In this document: positions 63,510-64,000 of the stretch, piece after piece
How the letters are laid out: each line of letters opens with the position of its first letter
Position numbering within the stretch: the first letter of the stretch is position 1
From: Octopus bimaculoides
Taxonomy: Eukaryota
Direction: 5' to 3'
DNA length: 64,000 nucleotides
NCBI RefSeq assembly: GCF_001194135.2
Contig: NC_068991.1
Span: 17,238,444 to 17,302,443, forward strand
The notes under the pieces: generated by a model
Told to the model about the DNA's origin: nothing
Seen by the model: only the letters and a program-made list of their open reading frames with translations
Database searches by the model: none
Translations under genes and position numbers: made by a program

Positions 63510-63633
63510 ATATTGGGCTAAAGTTTTAATTCCACATGCTTCCAATGAATTTCATGCAATATGTCCGTTTTGTGCAATTCCTTTGGACAATCCTGGTTAT
63601 GTGAAACTAATATTTCAAGATCAAGAACTTTGA
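63510..63633 (+). CDS. peli: Pellino terminal coding exon ((K)YWAKVLIPHASNEFHAICPFCAIPLDNPGYVKLIFQDQEL*)
   Basis: Acceptor tgttttcAG; completes the AAA codon; YW, FHAxCPFC and LIFQ C-terminal Pellino motifs; TGA at 63631-33. Confidence 0.98.
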
Positions 63634-64000
63634 AGATCACAATGATAATGATTATGATGATGATAATATTAAGGAAGATGATGGTGATGGACATCTTGTA
63701 CGCTCGCTGCCTGATGGTTTTTTTTATATATATATATTTTTTTTTTTTTTTAAATCTTCTATAATTTTTTTTTTTTTCTTCCTCAAACAAATTCTCCTTC
63801 TTCTTCTCCCTGTTGATAAGATATATTCTCCAGAAAGGAAAAAGAAATTGCTGATGTGTCGTTTGACACAAGCTGCATCGAAGTTATTGCCCACTGAATT
63901 CAACAACAAAATAAATCGAAAAGAAAACAATGATATACGTATATGAAAGAAAATAAAAATACACATGTATATTGTGTGTGCATATATATATATATATATA
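63634..64000 (+). other. Probable proximal Pellino 3' UTR
   Basis: Follows the stop codon; (ATG/ATT)n and U-rich tracts; AATAAA hexamers at 63910 and 63952, which are common by chance in AT-rich DNA. The real end is not determinable. Confidence 0.55.

Overview
AT-rich, repeat-dense eukaryotic DNA with nine N-gaps. The repeat families (tRNA-derived SINEs with internal microsatellites, RTE-LINE 3' ends with (GAT)n tails) look like an Octopus short-read assembly; the species call is inference. The only supportable host gene is a + strand Pellino E3 ubiquitin ligase (FHA plus RING-like domain). It has nine coding exons from about 34059 to the stop at 63633, all with GT-AG boundaries and consistent phases, giving 426 aa from the ATG at 34120. 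A candidate first exon with a Kozak-context ATG lies at 7168. The rest is intron or flank filled with SINEs, RTE-LINE tails, piggyBac-type and hAT MITEs, a Tc1/mariner remnant, a fossil hAT transposase and a Ty3/gypsy integrase fragment. The most interesting non-coding signals are two hammerhead-ribozyme-like motifs inside Pellino introns. One (48064-48162, sense) has an intact catalytic core, and its 3' half lies in the right arm of a 97-bp inverted repeat that could fold instead and silence it. The other (56605-56641, antisense) is a minimal, Penelope-type motif with one core substitution. Several other long intronic hairpins are candidate ADAR substrates. All folds were worked out by eye and are untested.
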